A stretch of 64,000 nucleotides of DNA. Origin: Phoronis australis. Taxonomy: Eukaryota; Animalia; Phoronida. The notes below the pieces were generated by a model, which did not search any database, had not been told where the DNA came from, and saw only the letters and a program-made list of their open reading frames with translations. Location: positions 331,827 through 395,826 of the forward strand of contig NMRA01000401.1 of the NCBI GenBank assembly GCA_002633005.1, read 5' to 3'. Of this stretch, positions 63,701-64,000 are shown one piece after another. The translations under genes and the position numbers were made by a program. Positions within the stretch are counted from its first letter, which is position 1. Every line of letters begins with the position of its first letter.

Positions 63701-63781
63701 TTACCCAGCAGAGCCACCGAACAGAAACTTGATCGATTTGGGAATCGTAGCCTTCCCGTCGGATTTACCTGTGGCAGCCAT
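54737..63781 (-). CDS. SLC25A11: Mitochondrial 2-oxoglutarate/malate carrier (OGC), 315 aa
   Basis: Exons 63781-63705, 61903-61842, 61306-61132, 59891-59769, 58628-58538, 57581-57491, 56433-56334, 55751-55700 and 54913-54737 total 948 nt, all GT-AG. Reads PKSIKFLFGGSAGMAATVFVQPLDLVKNRMQLSG...GLSAGLLRQATYTTTRLG...GTPAEISLIRMTSDGRLP...RAMVVNAAQLATYSQAKQ...SMPVDITKTR...LWKGFTPYYARLGPHTVLTFIFLEQL, with three PX[D/E]XX[K/R]X[K/R]-type signatures. Confidence 0.97.
55570..55720. repeat. 29-bp x5 minisatellite spanning the SLC25A11 exon 8 donor
   Basis: Units (A/T)CTGAATA.TC.A..GG..CCT.TG start at 55571, 55600, 55629, 55658 and 55687. The last unit includes the exon end and the GTGAGT donor. Confidence 0.9.
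57353..57482. mobile_element. hAT-like MITE with 5-bp TSD, inserted 8 nt inside SLC25A11 intron 6 (contains N-gap)
   Basis: Ends CAGGGGCGGATCCAG ... GCCACTG, with GGACT on both flanks (57348-57352, 57483-57487). Confidence 0.65.
57924..58346. mobile_element. MITE with ~45-bp imperfect TIRs
   Basis: GCCTAGTTGCATGAAACAGTTCTAAATAGGGACTCGATTAAGTT versus the reverse complement of AACTTAGTTGAGTGCCTATTTGGGACTGTTTCGCGCAACCGGCCCC. Confidence 0.75.
59977..60279. mobile_element. Fold-back MITE with ~80-100 bp TIRs
   Basis: AATTTCCACTGATTCCCTTTTTGTGGCTGAAAAGTTGCGGATTTTTTCTGC.CCT.GATTT (from 59994) is mirrored at ~60180-60255. Confidence 0.85.
62480..63080 (-). mobile_element. Possible highly decayed RLE-type (R2/HERO-like) non-LTR retrotransposon C-terminus in SLC25A11 intron 1
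   Basis: The minus-strand translation LFGTRCFHNCSIYHYLGTLG...KKMLCKAAKTVIYLQYYIWLNW resembles the G.RG...S....L..LG...K..S..A...S..IW tail of RLE elements. Very degenerate. Confidence 0.3.
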
Positions 63782-64000
63782 TTTTTTAATGTGTACAGGG
63801 AGTATCAAGTGTTTCTTTACCATGCAGTTTGCACGTGATCAATAAAAACGAAAGGAGGTGCACCAAGACTTATTGTTCATTGATTGTATTGCAAATTCAA
63901 ATGTTAAATTGATATAATATAGTTGTGTTCGTGTATCTAGTATGAGTATAAAGCAAAATATTCTTTTTTCGTCTTGTACTTTCCAATCGAAATGCTCCTA

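Overview
This is eukaryotic, intron-rich DNA from an invertebrate. The gene and repeat style suggests a lophotrochozoan, possibly a mollusc, but that is inference. It is a draft assembly with N-gaps. The right half holds three complete spliced genes, each traced by hand exon by exon with GT-AG boundaries and consistent phases: PARK7/DJ-1 (-, 5 coding exons, 187 aa), head-to-head with FHAD1 (+, 24 coding exons, ~1369 aa), which is tail-to-tail with SLC25A11/OGC (-, 9 coding exons, 315 aa). The left half holds a tandem pair of signal-peptide-bearing MOLO-1/TPM-domain-like genes (-), one running off the window start, and a decayed RNase H-bearing LINE 3' end. It also holds an orphan acidic repeat-protein locus (20559-22919) whose four frameshifts cancel in pairs. 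Many non-autonomous DNA elements are present: hAT-like MITEs with 5- and 6-bp TSDs, Helentron/HINE-like arrays and fold-back MITEs. Two ~1.2-1.3 kb 'tandem duplications' flank N-gaps and are probably uncollapsed haplotypes. No CRISPR array, rRNA or intact tRNA was seen.
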